Origin: Emiliania huxleyi CCMP1516
Lineage: Eukaryota
NCBI RefSeq assembly: GCF_000372725.1
Contig: NW_005201613.1
Span: 30,290-94,289, forward strand
Direction: 5' to 3'
DNA length: 64,000 nt
A program made the translations under genes and the position numbers. This document shows positions 34,647-47,675 of this stretch, one piece after another. The notes below the pieces were generated by a model, which saw only the letters and a list, made by a program, of their open reading frames with translations, did no database searches and had not been told where the DNA came from. How positions within the stretch are numbered: the stretch's first letter is position 1; every line of letters begins with the position of its first letter.

Positions 34647-37600
34647 ATGTTCGGCGTCTTTGTGATGCTCGGGCTGGGCGCGATCGCACTCCCGACGGAG
34701 GCCACCACCGCGCGAAGCACCATGTTCGGGTCCATCCTCGAACCGGCACCCCCAACAGGCTCCATTCAGTCCTTTTGCCGCTACTGCGGCTCCCGCGAGA
34801 GGGAGGACAACTGCACGGACGTCACCTGCCAGCTCACGATGGGCAGGGTCGAAATGCATGTCCCGCTCAAGGAAACGCCCCACCACACGCTCAAGGACAA
34901 CTCGGGCGTGATCAATGTGACCACCCGCGGCTACAACAAGAACACGCCGATGGGACCGACGATCAAAGTCAGGCCCGGCGACACCCTCAAGGTGACGCCC
35001 CCCCCCCCCCCCCCCAAAAAAAAAAAGAGAAAAAAATTTTTTTTTGGCTGCCCGCTGTACTATCAACATCCGGAGTCGCCCGTGTGCGCAGGTCACGCTC
35101 ATCAACAACCTGGCGGAAGAGGACGACCCGGACGCGCAAATGGCGGGGCTCACAAACTTCCAGCACGACTACCAAGCGACCAACCTGCACACGCACGGCT
35201 TGCACATCAGCGGTGAGGACCCGGCGGACAACGTCTTTCGCCGCGTCGCACCGGGCGACAACCACACGTACACGTACGCGATCCCGAAGGACCACATGCC
35301 GGGAACCCATTGGTACCACCCGCACTTCCACGGGCCGACGGGCATCCAGGCGGGCGGCGGTGCCGTCGGGATGCTGATCGTCGAGGTGAGCCAGGGGGGG
35401 GGGGGGGGGGAGCAAGTAGAGCACAGAGACGGGAGCAAGTAGAGCACGGGACGGTGGGAGGCGCGTATAGTGCACAGAGACGGGAGGCGTGCGTAGTGAA
35501 CCACCTCCGGGCCCTGGCTGCGCCGCAGGACGTCGTGGGTCAGCACGGGACCCTGCCCAAGTACGTCGAGAGCCTCAAGGAGGAGAAGCATCTCATCATC
35601 CTCGGCGTCGACGCAAACAATCAGAAAGGAATCGAACGGGGAGGCCAAACGTCAGTGGGGGGGGAAGGTAGCGGAATGCTGCAGTGCTGCCTGGTGCCGC
35701 ACCCCCTCCCCCTTCAACCTCCATGTGCCACGCCAGTTGCGCCATGACGTTAGCCCGTTGGCGCTGCGCAGGCATACGGGAACAAAAGCATGAGCAAGGA
35801 AGAGTTTGAAAAACGTTGGTTACCGGAGGATAAAGGAGGAGCATGCAGTGCCCCGGCTTCCAACTTCACGGCCGAGAATGAGGAGTTGCTTGAAGAGCGG
35901 GGAATGCGGAACCGCGAGGCCCACCTCAACGATCTCGACGACAGGTGCACACACACGACGACAAAGCACTCGGACCTTTCTAGGAGACGATGAACCTTGA
36001 TGACGTAGGTGCAAGGAGAAGAACAACGGGGCAAGCTGCTCGAACGAGGAGGTTGTTATTGCACCGGGCCGCGGTCTTGTAAAGTAGCGCCCGACGCGGA
36101 GTGCCCGAGCGCCCCCCCCCTCCCCCTTCCGGACCCGACAGGTCGCAGAGTTGGTGAAGAAGAACTGCGAGGCCGCCGCAATCTGGCACGTCGACGGCAA
36201 ACTGCCGGATCACACGGACAAGTCGAACGCAGTGATCGCGGCAGACGAAGCTCTCTTCCTCGTGAACGGCGAGTACGTGCCCACTCTCAAGTTCAAGGCG
36301 AACGTCTGGACGCGGCTGCGGATCCTGTTCGCATCGGTGCACTGCGAGAGACCTTCCGTGTTCCGATTCTAGCATAACCCCTGCGTTGACCAGCGCCCGA
36401 TTTCTGCTGCGCAGATTACAGACCAGATGTACATCGTCTTCCCGGAATTCTGCGAGGCGCAACTCCTCGCAAAGGATGGCGTCTACCTGCACGACGCGTG
36501 CGTGCTCTACATTCTGCCAATCGACACAATTAGCACTCGCCCTAACCACGCAAGCCAGAGTGGCGCTGGGTCTGAGATCTAACACTTTTGCTTCCGCCTC
36601 TTGCTCAGGCCACGACCGGTCAAGTACGCCTTCCTTGGGCTCGGCAACCGTGCGGATCTCCTCATCAAGTTCGCCGACCGACCGCGCATGTTGGTGCCCT
36701 CCCCGCCTCGCTCTCAGCGTCCCAACTTGCCGCAGGTGCACTGAGCCTGACCCGAACAAGTACCCGAATCCGACTCTTCTCGACGGGCTCCTTTACAACC
36801 AAAACGACGAGGATGTCAAGCACAACAAGGTCACCAATGTCGTGTGCAATGCCGCCGACGCCATCCCACACGTGCGCTCACGCGATCCCGGGAGACGCGC
36901 GGTCCGGTTGTGAGACTGAATCGGAATTTTGATTACTCAGGCGAACAAATCGGACGCCTCGGTGGTCCGAGAGACGCTCCTCGCAAAGGCGCAGGGCAGG
37001 ATTACGATCCCGCTCATGTACATGGAAATCGTCCAAGGGGTTCCAGCGCCCACGTGCACGCTCCCGAAGTTTACAGTGACCCGCCCGTGCTGTGCGCGCC
37101 CCCGCCCTCGCCCCCGCCCGCCCCCGCCCGCCCCCCCCCGCCCCGCCCCGCCCGCAACAAACACCGCTGCCGTGTCCAACTGTAGACCTCGCGAACCTGC
37201 AAAACGCCACCAAGCTGATCAACGAAGAGGCGGCTTCCTCCCGTCCTTCCCGAATCGATATAACTCCCGCCCCGTTGACTGCTCCCTCGTGGTCTTCGAC
37301 GTTGTAGGACCTGACGCAAGACGGCAACCTCGAGCTCCACTTTGGGCCCGGTCCTGACTCTGCCGATGGCAAATTCTTTTCCGATGGCAGCGCATTTTCT
37401 CCTTTCACCATCAACAAGAAGCGGTACGACGAGCACGCTCTCTCTCACGAACATCCGATGTTCAGCGAGCAGGCTTTCACCCCCGCACCCATTCGAACCG
37501 CCCCAACGACGCACCCGCCACCAACCCCCCCCCCCCCTTTATAGGTTGGAAGCCTCTCTCAGTTCAACATCAAAGGCGTCTTCGATCACGCGTTCCACTG

Positions 37601-38602
37601 GTGCGCACTGCCAGAAAGACGTTCCTGAGACACGTGTCAGATGACGCGGCCACCCGCTCATGCGCAGGCACGTCATCCCATTCCAGCTCCAGACGGGGTA
37701 TGACGAGTTCAAGACGATGCGCGAGCATTACAACCTCTCGAACTTCCTCGGTGAGCCGTACTTTCAGGCTGGCGACTGGCACGACACGCTCCAGGCAGCA
37801 CGGTCAGGGCCCCGTCTCGCCCCCTGATCAAAACCGACCCCTTATTACAATATTGCCAGGTGCCGCCAAATTGGTGCCACAGCAAGGCCTTTCCCGACGA
37901 GAAATATAACGAGCATTCCCTGAACAACGACAAGAATAACGCCAACAACCTTACGTTCGTCGTCCGCGCCAATGTGTGCCTCTCTCACCAATACTGGTCG
38001 CCTGCCGAGCATACCGTGGCCATGACCTCAGCTTGGTCCGCGCTTGCTTGCAGGTGGACACATTTGTCTCGCGGCAGGTCGTTCACTGCCACGTACTCGA
38101 CCACGAGGCAGCCACGCCCAGTCTCCAGGTGCTGGGTGAGCCCGCCTGCCGGCGTCTTGAGACTCCCCCCCTCCCCGATCCAGGACTGGGGCATGATGAC
38201 CATCCTCAATTTCACCGAAAACTCGGACGGCAATTTCACCTTCTGGGGCAACAAGCTCCTCGACCCAACGTGCGAACGGCCACAGCGACACACACGCGCG
38301 CGGCGCCACGAGCGATCCACCCGCGGTCTCCCCCTTCTCTCCCCCTTCACAGGTGCTTCCAAAACCAGACCTCCAACAAGGGTGCCACCGTCAAGGCAAA
38401 GGACGACGGAACCTTCACGGGGCTTTGCTGCGCCGGAAAGCACGACCGCGCGGGCTGCGGCGGCGGCGAGTGTATCGGCCAGTACTATGAGTCGCTGGGC
38501 TACGAGGCGGCCGTGTACGTGCTCGGCGGGGCGACCCGCGACCTGCTCTTCTCCTCCGTCCCCGTGCCGGACCGGGAGCCGGACTACTACGCGTGCGCGT
38601 GA
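34647..38602 (+). CDS. Secreted multicopper oxidase (laccase/CueO-like) with Cys-rich C-terminal extension, multi-exon
   Basis: Signal peptide; GPTIKVRPGD; four Cu motifs TNLHTHG, HWYHPHFH, HAFHW|HV and HCHVLDHE|DWGMM. Confidence 0.92.
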
Positions 38603-38784
38603 GAGTTGGGCCCTTGCGCGGCTGTCTCGAGGGGGCCGATCGATGCGCGGCCCCGTTACCCTCGAGGCCGATCGATAGGCCGACGCGGACCGTGTCGCTA
38701 AGTGGTATGGAGCTCCATGTACGACCCCCAGGGTCGACGGCGCAACCGCAAATCGGAGACTGCAACGGGAATGAATCGCTAATC

Positions 38785-39058
38785 TGACTGTATCCATGAC
38801 GTGGGAAGCCACGGTCCTGTGCTCATTACCAGGATGGCATGTGCGCGCTCGGCGCGGGCTCGGATGCGTGTTACACGCGTCTGAGAACGCGTTGGCTCGC
38901 AATCGGGAAACGCAACGGACGATAGATAGGTAGCGTGACTGTATCCATGACGTGGGAGAGCCACGGTCCTGTGCTCACTACCAGGATGGCATGTGCGCGC
39001 TCGGCGCGGGCTCGGATGCGTGTACACGCGTCTGAGAACGCGTTGGCTCGCAATCGGG
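38785..39058 (+). repeat. Direct duplication of ~122 bp with a ~28-bp spacer, downstream of the oxidase
   Basis: tgactgtatccatgacgtggg...ggctcgcaatcggg at 38785-38907 and 38936-39058. Confidence 0.9.
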
Positions 39059-39806
39059 GTTTTCTTTTGAAACGAGTTTTTTTGTCTTGTTTCTTAAACC
39101 ATAATAAACGAGACTGGCAGCGCATAGGGGCCATACTGCACAAGCACTCGACATACACGCGACACCCCCCAGCCCCACGTTGCTCCATTGGTTTTATTTA
39201 GATGAGTCAGAATACGGATTCATGAGTCACGTAAGACATAGAAAGAAACAACACAAGGGGAGGGATGGGAGGAAGGCACGCCGCCATTTTGAAGGAGAGG
39301 AGTGTGGTGCCAACCGAAATTCACCCTTGGGCGTCCCTAGGGAGGGGGGGAAGTAATCTGAAACTGCAACGATGCATGCGTGCAGCACGAACGGCTGCGA
39401 TTCAGCGGTCGCGCCGCTGAGCGTTCAGGTCGAGCTCGGCGAGCTGAGCAAGATCATCCAGCGGCGCGACAGCTGAATCGCAAGCGTTGAGGAACGCGAG
39501 ACAGATCGCGTTCCGCGTTTCAGTTTCACCAAAGGTACCACCCTCCCTAACAGTTTGTTTCGCCATCGCAGAGCAGGTCGAGAGAGAGATTTTGCAGGTC
39601 GTGAATGAGCTTGCCTGTGGCGGGGGTGGGCGGGTGCACGGAGCTAAGTGCCTCGCCACCCTCGCAGAAGTCGCTTAGGCGGCTCCCGTGGTGTACCTGT
39701 GTTAGTGCCAGTGCGCGCCAGTCCCGTGCCCAGTGGGGCGAGGGAGCGACGTTGTAAAATTCTTTTACGGCCAGCGGCAGCAAATTGTCCCTCGTGTCGT
39801 CGTAGA

Positions 39807-40595
39807 ATGAAGGCCGACGCCATGAGCAGGCGCTGCTTGGCAGCCAACGCCCTCGCCTTGCTAGCTGTGCCCAACAGAGACGCGTTCGCCGCCGGACTGC
39901 GGCCAGCACTGGGGCCTGGCCGATTCAGGGCGACGCGTTTTGAGGGCGAGTACTCCGACCTCCTTCACCCTCTCTGTGATCGAAAAATCGCCGTGGACAC
40001 CAGCGCCCTCAAGCAGAGCGGCGGTGGCGACTATTTCCTCGCCACCTTCTCCGGCAACGACATCGGCCCACCGGGTGAGGCCCGCCACCCCCCCCCCCCC
40101 CCCCCGTCCCGGGGCTACTGTGATAAGCACATGAAGGGGTGCGCCGCGCCCTGCATGAGCCTCAAGCCCTCATCCCGTGATATGTTGTTGTTTGCGAGCA
40201 CACGCGCCACCCCTCTTGGACGCCTGTGGGAGCGGGTGGCGCTGCCTCTCGCTGTCCTCTCCGTGGCTCGCTGCGAGATATGTTCTCAATATAGGTGTCG
40301 GCAATGTCGTCAGGGCCTCCTGCGACGCGGAGAGCGTCTCCCGGTACGGGCTGCGCGATTGGAGCTTCGAGGCGCGCATCTCGCGTGACGGCGAGCAGGC
40401 GCGCAAACGAGCAAACAGCGAAGGCAGCACTCGAGATTTATATCATAGAGTCAACGCTGCGTGCCGCAGGTGGATGCCGGCGACGGCGTGCATGTGGGCA
40501 GGTGGCACCCGAGGGCTGCTGACGGCGAGGCTTGGGAAGGCATCAGATGGAAAGACGGCAACCGCTGGCTCCTGGAGCAGCAAGCGGCAGAATGA
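39807..40595 (+). CDS. Small uncharacterised algal protein with an RR + hydrophobic (Tat-like) presequence, 3 exons
   Basis: MSRRCLAANALALLA; FEGEYSDLLHPLCDRKI; C-terminal GIRWKDGNRW; frame restored by two introns. Confidence 0.7.
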
Positions 40596-40986
40596 CGCCA
40601 TAGGGCGAGGTCTCCTGGAATGCGTGCAGGCCGTTGTAGCGAGCTACTCTCGAGCGGCATTACTTTCCGCTGATCACATATGTGGGGGCACGTACCACAA
40701 ACAAGTCGTGCATGCCCGCACAGCGGTGGTTTTGTACAAGAGGGCATGCCGATGCGTGTGTAGAGACTAGAGTCCGTGTGGGTCTGGCACTCAGTGACAG
40801 TGTGTGGGCCCCGGTCGCGCCACCCCGCCGCCACGCCCCGCCCCGCGGCTTGGGCCAGGTACCAATTTTGTCGAATTTATTTCAAAATCTGCAGGCGCGG
40901 AGCGCCTGCGAAAATTTTGAAGAAATTTGCAGTCGGGCCTGATTTTCATCAAGATCTTTCAAATTTGCGGTGTGGAGTTGGGGGGT

Positions 40987-41206
40987 GGGTTAGGTTAGGG
41001 TTATTAGGGTTAGAGCATAGAGGGTTAGGGTTAGGGTTAGGGTTAGGGTCAGGGTCAGGGTAGTAGTCTGGTTGTGTCTGTATATGCCAGCGTTGCAGGG
41101 TTCTGCGCTGGTATCTGGCCCCACAGCGCCGACGACTAAGACTCAGCCCCACACGCTGACCTAGGGTTAGGGTTAGGGTTAGGGTTAGGGTTAGGGTTAG
41201 GGTTAG
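40987..41206 (+). repeat. Two interstitial (TTAGGG)n telomeric tracts
   Basis: 40987-41060 (degenerate) and 41162-41206 (perfect), each followed by the same ~95-bp unit. Confidence 0.95.
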
Positions 41207-41297
41207 TCTTCTTGTGTTTGTATGCCAGCGTTGCAGAGTTCTGCGCTGGGATCTGGCCCCAGCGCCGACGAGTAAGACTCAGCACCGCACGCTGACC

Positions 41298-42100
41298 CCA
41301 CCAAATGCCGCCTCAGGGCGCCAGGCCGCCAGCCACTTCTTACACGCGGCCGGCGCCCTCTCGCGGCAAAAGGGTCGAGCGAGCGGGCAGAGTCGCGATG
41401 TCTGCGCACCCGCGTGCCGATGGGCGGCACACGCAACGAGGCCCTGTCGCGCCGCCAGTAGCGTTCTCCGCACTCCCCACGCCACCAATTGCCGCCTCGG
41501 CGCCCTCTCGCGGCAAAAGGGTCGAGCGAGCGGGCAGAGTCGCGCGATGTCTGCGCACCCGCGTGCCGATGGGCGGCACACGCAACCGAGAGAGGCCCGG
41601 TCACGCCGCCAGTAGCGTTCCGCACTCCCCACGCCACCAATTGCCGCCTCAGGGCGCCAGCCACCTCCTTACACGCGGCCGGCGCCCTCTCGCGGCAAAA
41701 GGGTCGAGCGAGCGGGCAGAGTCGCGATGTCTGCGCACCCGCGTGCCGATGGGCGGCACACGCAACCGAGAGAGGCCCTGTCACGCCGCCAGTAGCGTTC
41801 TCCGCACTCCCCACGCCACCAATTGCCGCCTCAGGGCGCCAGCCACCTCCTTACACGCGGCCGGCGCCCTCTCGCGGCAAAAGGGTCGAGCGAGCGGGCA
41901 GAGTCGCGCGATGTCTGCGCACCCGCGTGCCGATGGGCGGCACACGCAACCGAGAGAGGCCCTGTCACGCCGCCAGTAGCGTTCCGCACTCCCCACGCCA
42001 CCAATTGCCGCCTCAGGGCGCCAGCCACCTCTTACACGCGGCCGGCGCCCTCTCGCGGCAAAAGGGTCGAGCGAGCGGGCAGAGTCGCGATGTCCCTGCG
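41298..42100 (+). repeat. ~182-bp tandem satellite, about 4.5 copies
   Basis: ccaccaattgccgcc recurs at ~41482, 41634, 41816 and 41998. Confidence 0.92.
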
Positions 42101-42411
42101 CACCTGGGTGTTCGCCGCCTATATGCTCTATCCTGTGCCAAGACGGACACATTTTGACAATCAAAATCTACCTCAAAATTTGCGGCCGCCCCTCGAAATT
42201 TGCTGATCAAAATTTGCGGTGGCCCGGATCGAAACCTGTACTTTGGCCAACCCGCGGCCCGCGCCTGCGCCCCATCGATCGACACGGCACACGCGACACA
42301 CGCAATACATGTACGTTTTCGATTTCGTCGTGTTTAAATTGTTGGGCAACATTTATGTTGGGAATGTTTTGCACGCCTCGCGGCCCTAGAGGGGCTAGAG
42401 GGGCTACGGCG

Positions 42412-43015
42412 TACGGGGTGTGGAGGGTGAGTTGACCAGGGGTTGTGCGCTGGGCCCTCCTGCTCGGCTCCAGCGAGTAGACAAGTGTTACCATCTCAAC
42501 AGAGGAGAAGGATCTGACCTCGGGGCCGATGTGACCAAGCGCTGGTAGCGTGGTTTTACCTCACACCCATGGGTCTCACAGTCCGTGCCGGCAGTCCCAG
42601 TCGCCGAGCAGTGTCGCTCACACACAAGCCGCGCAGCACAAGTGACTGGGGGGCAGTGAGGGCGAGCCCATCGCTGTCACAGCTGTGGCAGCCGCACAGT
42701 AGGCTGTGCCATCTGTGCAGAGCGTGTGAGCAGCAGAGTGAGCTGCACTGTCTCTCCAGACTCCAGGCTTCAGGCGCAAAGAGATGCATGCCGCCGAAGG
42801 CGCTGTCGAGGTTCGCCGAGCGCGGCGCACAGGTTGAGGGACACCGTCACCGACGAGTGCGTTGGAGTATTCACTCCGGACAAAGACGGCCGCACGCACA
42901 CCCCCCTCACCCGACCGACGAGCTTAGGACTTAGCGGCGGGAGGCGCGGGAGCACAGTGCACACCTCTACTAGAGCCGCTCTACACCCCTGTCACGGGAA
43001 CCTCTACACCCCTGT
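42412..43015 (+). mobile_element. Dispersed repeat family X, copy 2, with a possible opposite terminus
   Basis: Starts TACGGGGTGTGGAG; CTCTACACCCCTGT occurs twice at ~42979-43015, an imperfect inverse of the start. Confidence 0.75.
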
Positions 43016-43170
43016 GCGCTATATATGCCCCGAATAAAACACACAAAACGGCTTCTAGGTGCGCTCGTGCGCTCTCTCCTCCTGGGCTAAACCAGTGTGG
43101 AGTTCCAGTGCACAGAGGCGCGGGGTGCCCTTGCGTCGTCCAGCTCCTCCTCCGCCGCGCCGGCCGCGCC

Positions 43171-44099
43171 TCACAGTTCGGCCCTGAGCGTGCCTCCCTC
43201 TCCCTCGGCGCGGAGGCTTGCCGCGTTGTCGAGGTGCCCGCGTATGGCGCTCGAGAAGCTACGGTTGCGAAAACACTAGAGTGAGAGGGTGGTAGCCTCG
43301 ACGCCGTCCCCGCGCCGCCACGGCGCCTGTCGCGCCCCCCCGCCACTGCGTCACGCGCGGTTCTGCCGTCGGCGTCGGTCCTGCTCGGGTCGGCGCCCGC
43401 CCTCAGAAGAGAGAGCACCACCTTTGCCTGGCCCGCTCGCGCCGCGAGGTGTAGCGGCGTCGCCCCCGCGCCGTCGGCGGCGTTCAAGTCAGCGCCGGCC
43501 TTTCGGGAGCGAAGCGGCGCAGAGCGCGCGGTGAGAAGGGAGGAGTGGGAGAATGGAGCCGAGAAGCCGGCGAGGCGTCAGGGGAGAGTGGCGCACGCCT
43601 TGATCAGCAGCTCGACGAGCGCGGGATGCCCGCGCTCGGCGGCCACATGCAAAGGCGTCAGTCCCCTTGCGCCGAGCCCCCTGGCGTTGATGTCGACGCC
43701 ATCGCGGCCAATCAGGAGCTTGGCTATGCCGCTCGCACGCGAGTTGGAGATGTCTCCACGGGCCTGGTCGCCAGCGCAACGCCTCGCAACCACGTGCAGA
43801 GGCGTCTCGTCCGCGCCGTCTCTTGCGCCGGCGTCCGCGCCCGCGTCGAGCAGCGCGGTGACCGTCGTCAGGTCCTGCCGCGCGCGACCACAGATCGCGA
43901 GGTGCAGTGGGACATTCCCCTTCTTGTTGCGCTTGTTCAGGTCGGGGCGCACCCACGCGTCCTCGTATTCGTTAAACTTGCCACGGATCGCGACGCGGAG
44001 CGGCTCGACCTGGCCCTCTTCGGCTGCCTTGTGCAGGCCGACCCGAGCAGTCTCGGCGATCGGCAGCAGTCCGAGAAGCAGGCGCGGGAAGAAGCGCAT
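43171..44099 (-). CDS. Ankyrin-repeat protein with signal peptide and C-terminal RAEL
   Basis: MRFFPRLLLGLLPIAETA; ANK motifs GNVPLHLA, ETPLHVVA, LTPLHVAA, ATPLHLAA; inferred last exon ..GGTLRAEL*. Confidence 0.85.
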
Positions 44100-44510
44100 A
44101 TGTACACTTTTGCGTGGAATGAGCGACCTGGTAATAGGAATACGCAGCAGCCGCGCCGTGAGGTGGCAGGGGCGATGGCAGAGGCAAGTACTGTCCACTA
44201 TGAAAGTGTGAACCTCTCACAGGCCAGCGCACAGCGCCATAGGACGTATTTTCTTCTCAATAACAAGGCTGTGAACAGGTTGGAGCAGCAGCTCGCCTGT
44301 TGATAGGTCCAGGTGATAGCCCTGGATGGGCAATGCATACGCCTAGTTGGGCCTCAGATCGCCCGACCGCGTCCCGGTGCTCTGTGGTCGGATTTGAGAT
44401 TTTGTGACGCCGCCGCACCGCGCCGCGGCCGGGGGCCCTCCGGAGGCCGAGGATGGCCGTGACGGACCGGGACGAGCTCTGGGAGGTTCAGTGTCAGTCG
44501 AGTGAGTGAG

Positions 44511-44511
<1 letters not shown>

Positions 44512-44557
<46 letters not shown>
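44512..44557. repeat. (CA)n microsatellite
   Basis: Direct reading. Confidence 0.98.
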
Positions 44558-44559
<2 letters not shown>

Positions 44560-44644
44560 GTCAGTCTACGCTATACTGGAAAAGAAAAGCGGCTTGTCTC
44601 GCCCGCCCTCTGTGTCCGGCTTTTGGCGCACGGTGCGCACGGGT

Positions 44645-47600
44645 ATGCGCCCCTATTCGCTCGGCCGCAAGCAAAAGCCAGCCAAGCCCACCACCGCATC
44701 GCTCGCCGGCGACAGCGCCAGCGACGGCGGCAGCAGATCCGGCACCAGCGCCTCGCCGGCGAGCGTCCGATCCGAGTCGTCGAAGCTCGGAGCAGCAGAT
44801 CCGCTCGGGGCTGCCCGGAGGCTGGCGAGGCGCACCTTCTCCTTCTCCACGAGACGGAGCGTGCAGGCCAAGCAGCCGGCCGTCCTCGGCGCTGACGACG
44901 CGCCGCCCGCGCCGTACGACTCGCTGCAGCCCGTCGGCGGCGGCGAGACGGCCGCCCTCGCACGGCTGCAGCGGTGGCAGCCGCCGTCGCGCTGTTCGGC
45001 CGCGTCTCCGGCGGCGCTCGCGGGCGCGGGCCTCCGGGACGCCGACGACGCGGCGCTCGCGCGCCGCCTGCAGGCCGAGGAGGAGGAGCGCCTCGCCGCA
45101 GCGATGGCGGCGCCGCCAAAGCCGATGGGCCATCGCGAGAGCCGGAAGTCGCTGGTCAACATCCGGAGGACCGCGTCGTGGCAGCGCGGGCACCGGCAGG
45201 CGAGGCGCGCCGCGTCCAAGCCCGCCTCCTCCTTCTGGGAGGGCGCCCTCTATGCCGCCGCCGCCGCTCTACTCGACGGGCGGCGAGGCGGCGGCGCGCT
45301 GCCGGCGGCGACCCGAGCCGCCCTCGCCCGCGTGAGCAAGGCGACGGTCGAGGCGGCCGCGGCGGTGCGGGGTTGCGCGGGAGGCGGAAGCGGCGGCCTG
45401 CGCGCGCCCCAGCTCCCCTCGGTCGTCTTCACCCACGAGGGCGGCGAGGGCGGGCGCGGCAAGGAGAACCAGGCGCGTTGCGCCCTCCCCGCCCCGTGCC
45501 CTCCCCGCCCCGTGCCTTGCCCGTGCGCCCTGCCACCCTGTGAGCGCCCGACGGAGATTGCCCACCTCCCCGCCCGCCGCCCTCAGGACGCGGCCTTTGC
45601 GGCGCGCCCGTCGCCGGATCTCGCCATCTTTGGCGTCTTTGACGGCCACGGCCGCCGGTGCGCCCCACCCCCTCGACGTCGCGCCGCCTCGCGGCACACG
45701 CCCCTCCTCTCGCCGCCGCACCCTCTCGTAGCCCGCCCGCCTCCGCGTGCGGCGGGTTCGCCCGACCCTTCGCGGAGCCTCTCTGCTGCAGGTTCGGCAA
45801 GCTCGCGGGAGAGGTTGCCAGCCGGGTGGTTCGCTCGCGCCTCTGCGCTCTCCACCGCTGGGTGGAGCTCTGCCCCGACGCGGCGCTGCAGTGGGTGTTT
45901 ACGCACGCGCACGAGGAGATCCGCACCGCCATGCTGGCCGCAGCGCCGGATCTGCTGCATCTGCAGCGAGGCGCGCGCCGTCCCCGCCGCTTGTGCCTCG
46001 CCTCCCACCCCTGCAGCCTCCCGTCTCTCGCCCTCCCACCTCCAGCAAACCCGCCCTCCGCCCTCTGTGCCCAGGCCACCGCGCCGACTTCCTCGTCGAG
46101 TGGATGACGGACGAGGACGGGGGGGACGCGCGCTGGGACGCGGTCGACGGAGGCACCACCGCCACCGTCGCGCTGCTGCTGCGCGGCACCCTCCTCAAAC
46201 TCGCCTTCGCCGGCGACTCCTCCGCCGTCGTCCTCGGCCGCGCCGCGCCCCCCCAGCCGGCGCGGCAAGGGAGGGCGAAGCCTGCGCCGCCGTCCGCGCA
46301 CGGCCCTGCAGGCGGCACCCCGGGCATCAGCGTGCCCGCCGGCTACTCTCGGTCCGGCCTGGCGCTGCCCGCGCCAGCGGAGCCTCTCCCCTCCCCGTCG
46401 TCGTCCGACCTCTCCCTTATCTCGCTCGCGACGCCCGAGAGCCGCAGCGGCGAGCCGCTCTCGCCGCCGCCCTCGCCCCCCTCGCGCTCGCCGCCGCCGC
46501 CCTCGCCCTCGAAGGCACGCCAGTTTTTCATGAATGCGGAGTCGGCCTCCGCGCCGTCCGCGGCGCCTGCCGCTGCCGCCTCGCGCTACGGCCACCGCAC
46601 TGGCACCGTCGTCCCCTCCTCCAAGCCCGCCACCGCGCCGCCACCCGGCGGCGGAGCCGCAGCCGCCCTCGCCCGAGCGCGCGCCTATCAGGCGCAGGCG
46701 CAAGCCCCGGCGGCCGAGCCGGCAGGCGCCGCGAGTGGGGGGGCGAGGGAGGCGGCGTCCGCGGCGCAGCAGCAGCGACAGCGGGAGGAGGAGGCCGCCG
46801 CCGCGGCGGCAGCAGCTCGGGCAGCCGCAGCGGCGGAGGCGGAGAGGGCGGAGGCGGAGAGGGCGGCGGAGGCGGAGAGGGCAACGGCCGCGGTGGCGGC
46901 GGTCGCCGCGGCGGCCGGGAAGCCATCGCACGAGCTGTACGCCGAGGAGCATTCGCCGACCAACCTGCAAGAGTACATGCGGGTGCGCTCGACGGCGGGC
47001 GGCGAGGCGGTCAGTTTCGTCTACGACTGCCCCGACTACGAGGAGTTCAACATCTTTGGGACCGACGCGAGCGGCGCGGCGTGCGCCGACGCCGCCAACT
47101 TGCGGATGGCGGACGAGCACGGAGTGCTGGTCAAGAACCCGCGGGACGACCGTTTCACGCTGCTGCTGGTGCCCGAAGGGCGGTACGAGCTGACGCACCA
47201 GCCCGGCAGTTTTGCCGAGGTGGAGGAGCAGGCGCCGGCGACGGGAGCGAGATGGGAGAGGGAGGGGGGGGGGGGGAGGGGAGAGACTCCACCCGCACAC
47301 GGGCGAGGGTGACTTGGCGGGACCGTGCCTCCTCGCCCGCAGGCACTGACGATGACGCGCTCGCTCGGCGACTTTTACGCGCACGAGTACGGCGTCACCG
47401 CCGCGCCAGAGGTGCGCACGATCCCGCTGGCGCAGGTGCGGCTGTCGCACCCCGCCCTGCTGCTCGCCTCGGATGGCGTGTGGGACATCTGGGACTACGA
47501 CGAGGTGGCGGCGCAGCTGGTGCCGGCGACCGGTTTGGGGTCGCTCGACGCGATGCGCGAGCGCGCGGCCCGCTTCTGCGAGGCGACGCGCGCCACCGGC

Positions 47601-47675
47601 TTCAAGTACTTTGGGGAGCGGGCCGACAACTTGACGGGCGTCCTCGTCAACTTGAGCGAGGTGTGTGGACGCTGA
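44645..47675 (+). CDS. PP2C (PPM) family phosphatase with long low-complexity insertions, multi-exon
   Basis: KENQ|D, FGVFDGHG, GGTTATV, AGDSSAV, EHSPTN, MTRSLGD, LLLASDGVWD, ADNLT. Confidence 0.92.

Larger units (their letters stand above)
40843..42257. mobile_element. Putative TIR element carrying TTAGGG tracts and a ~182-bp satellite
   Basis: Left end CCGCGGCTTGGGCCAGGTAC vs reverse complement of right end CCGCGGGTTGGCCAAAGTAC; AAATTT(G)-rich subterminal arms on both sides. No clear TSD. Confidence 0.55.

Noticed and set aside
40987..41206. True chromosome end
   Set aside because: Short tracts with ordinary genes on both sides.
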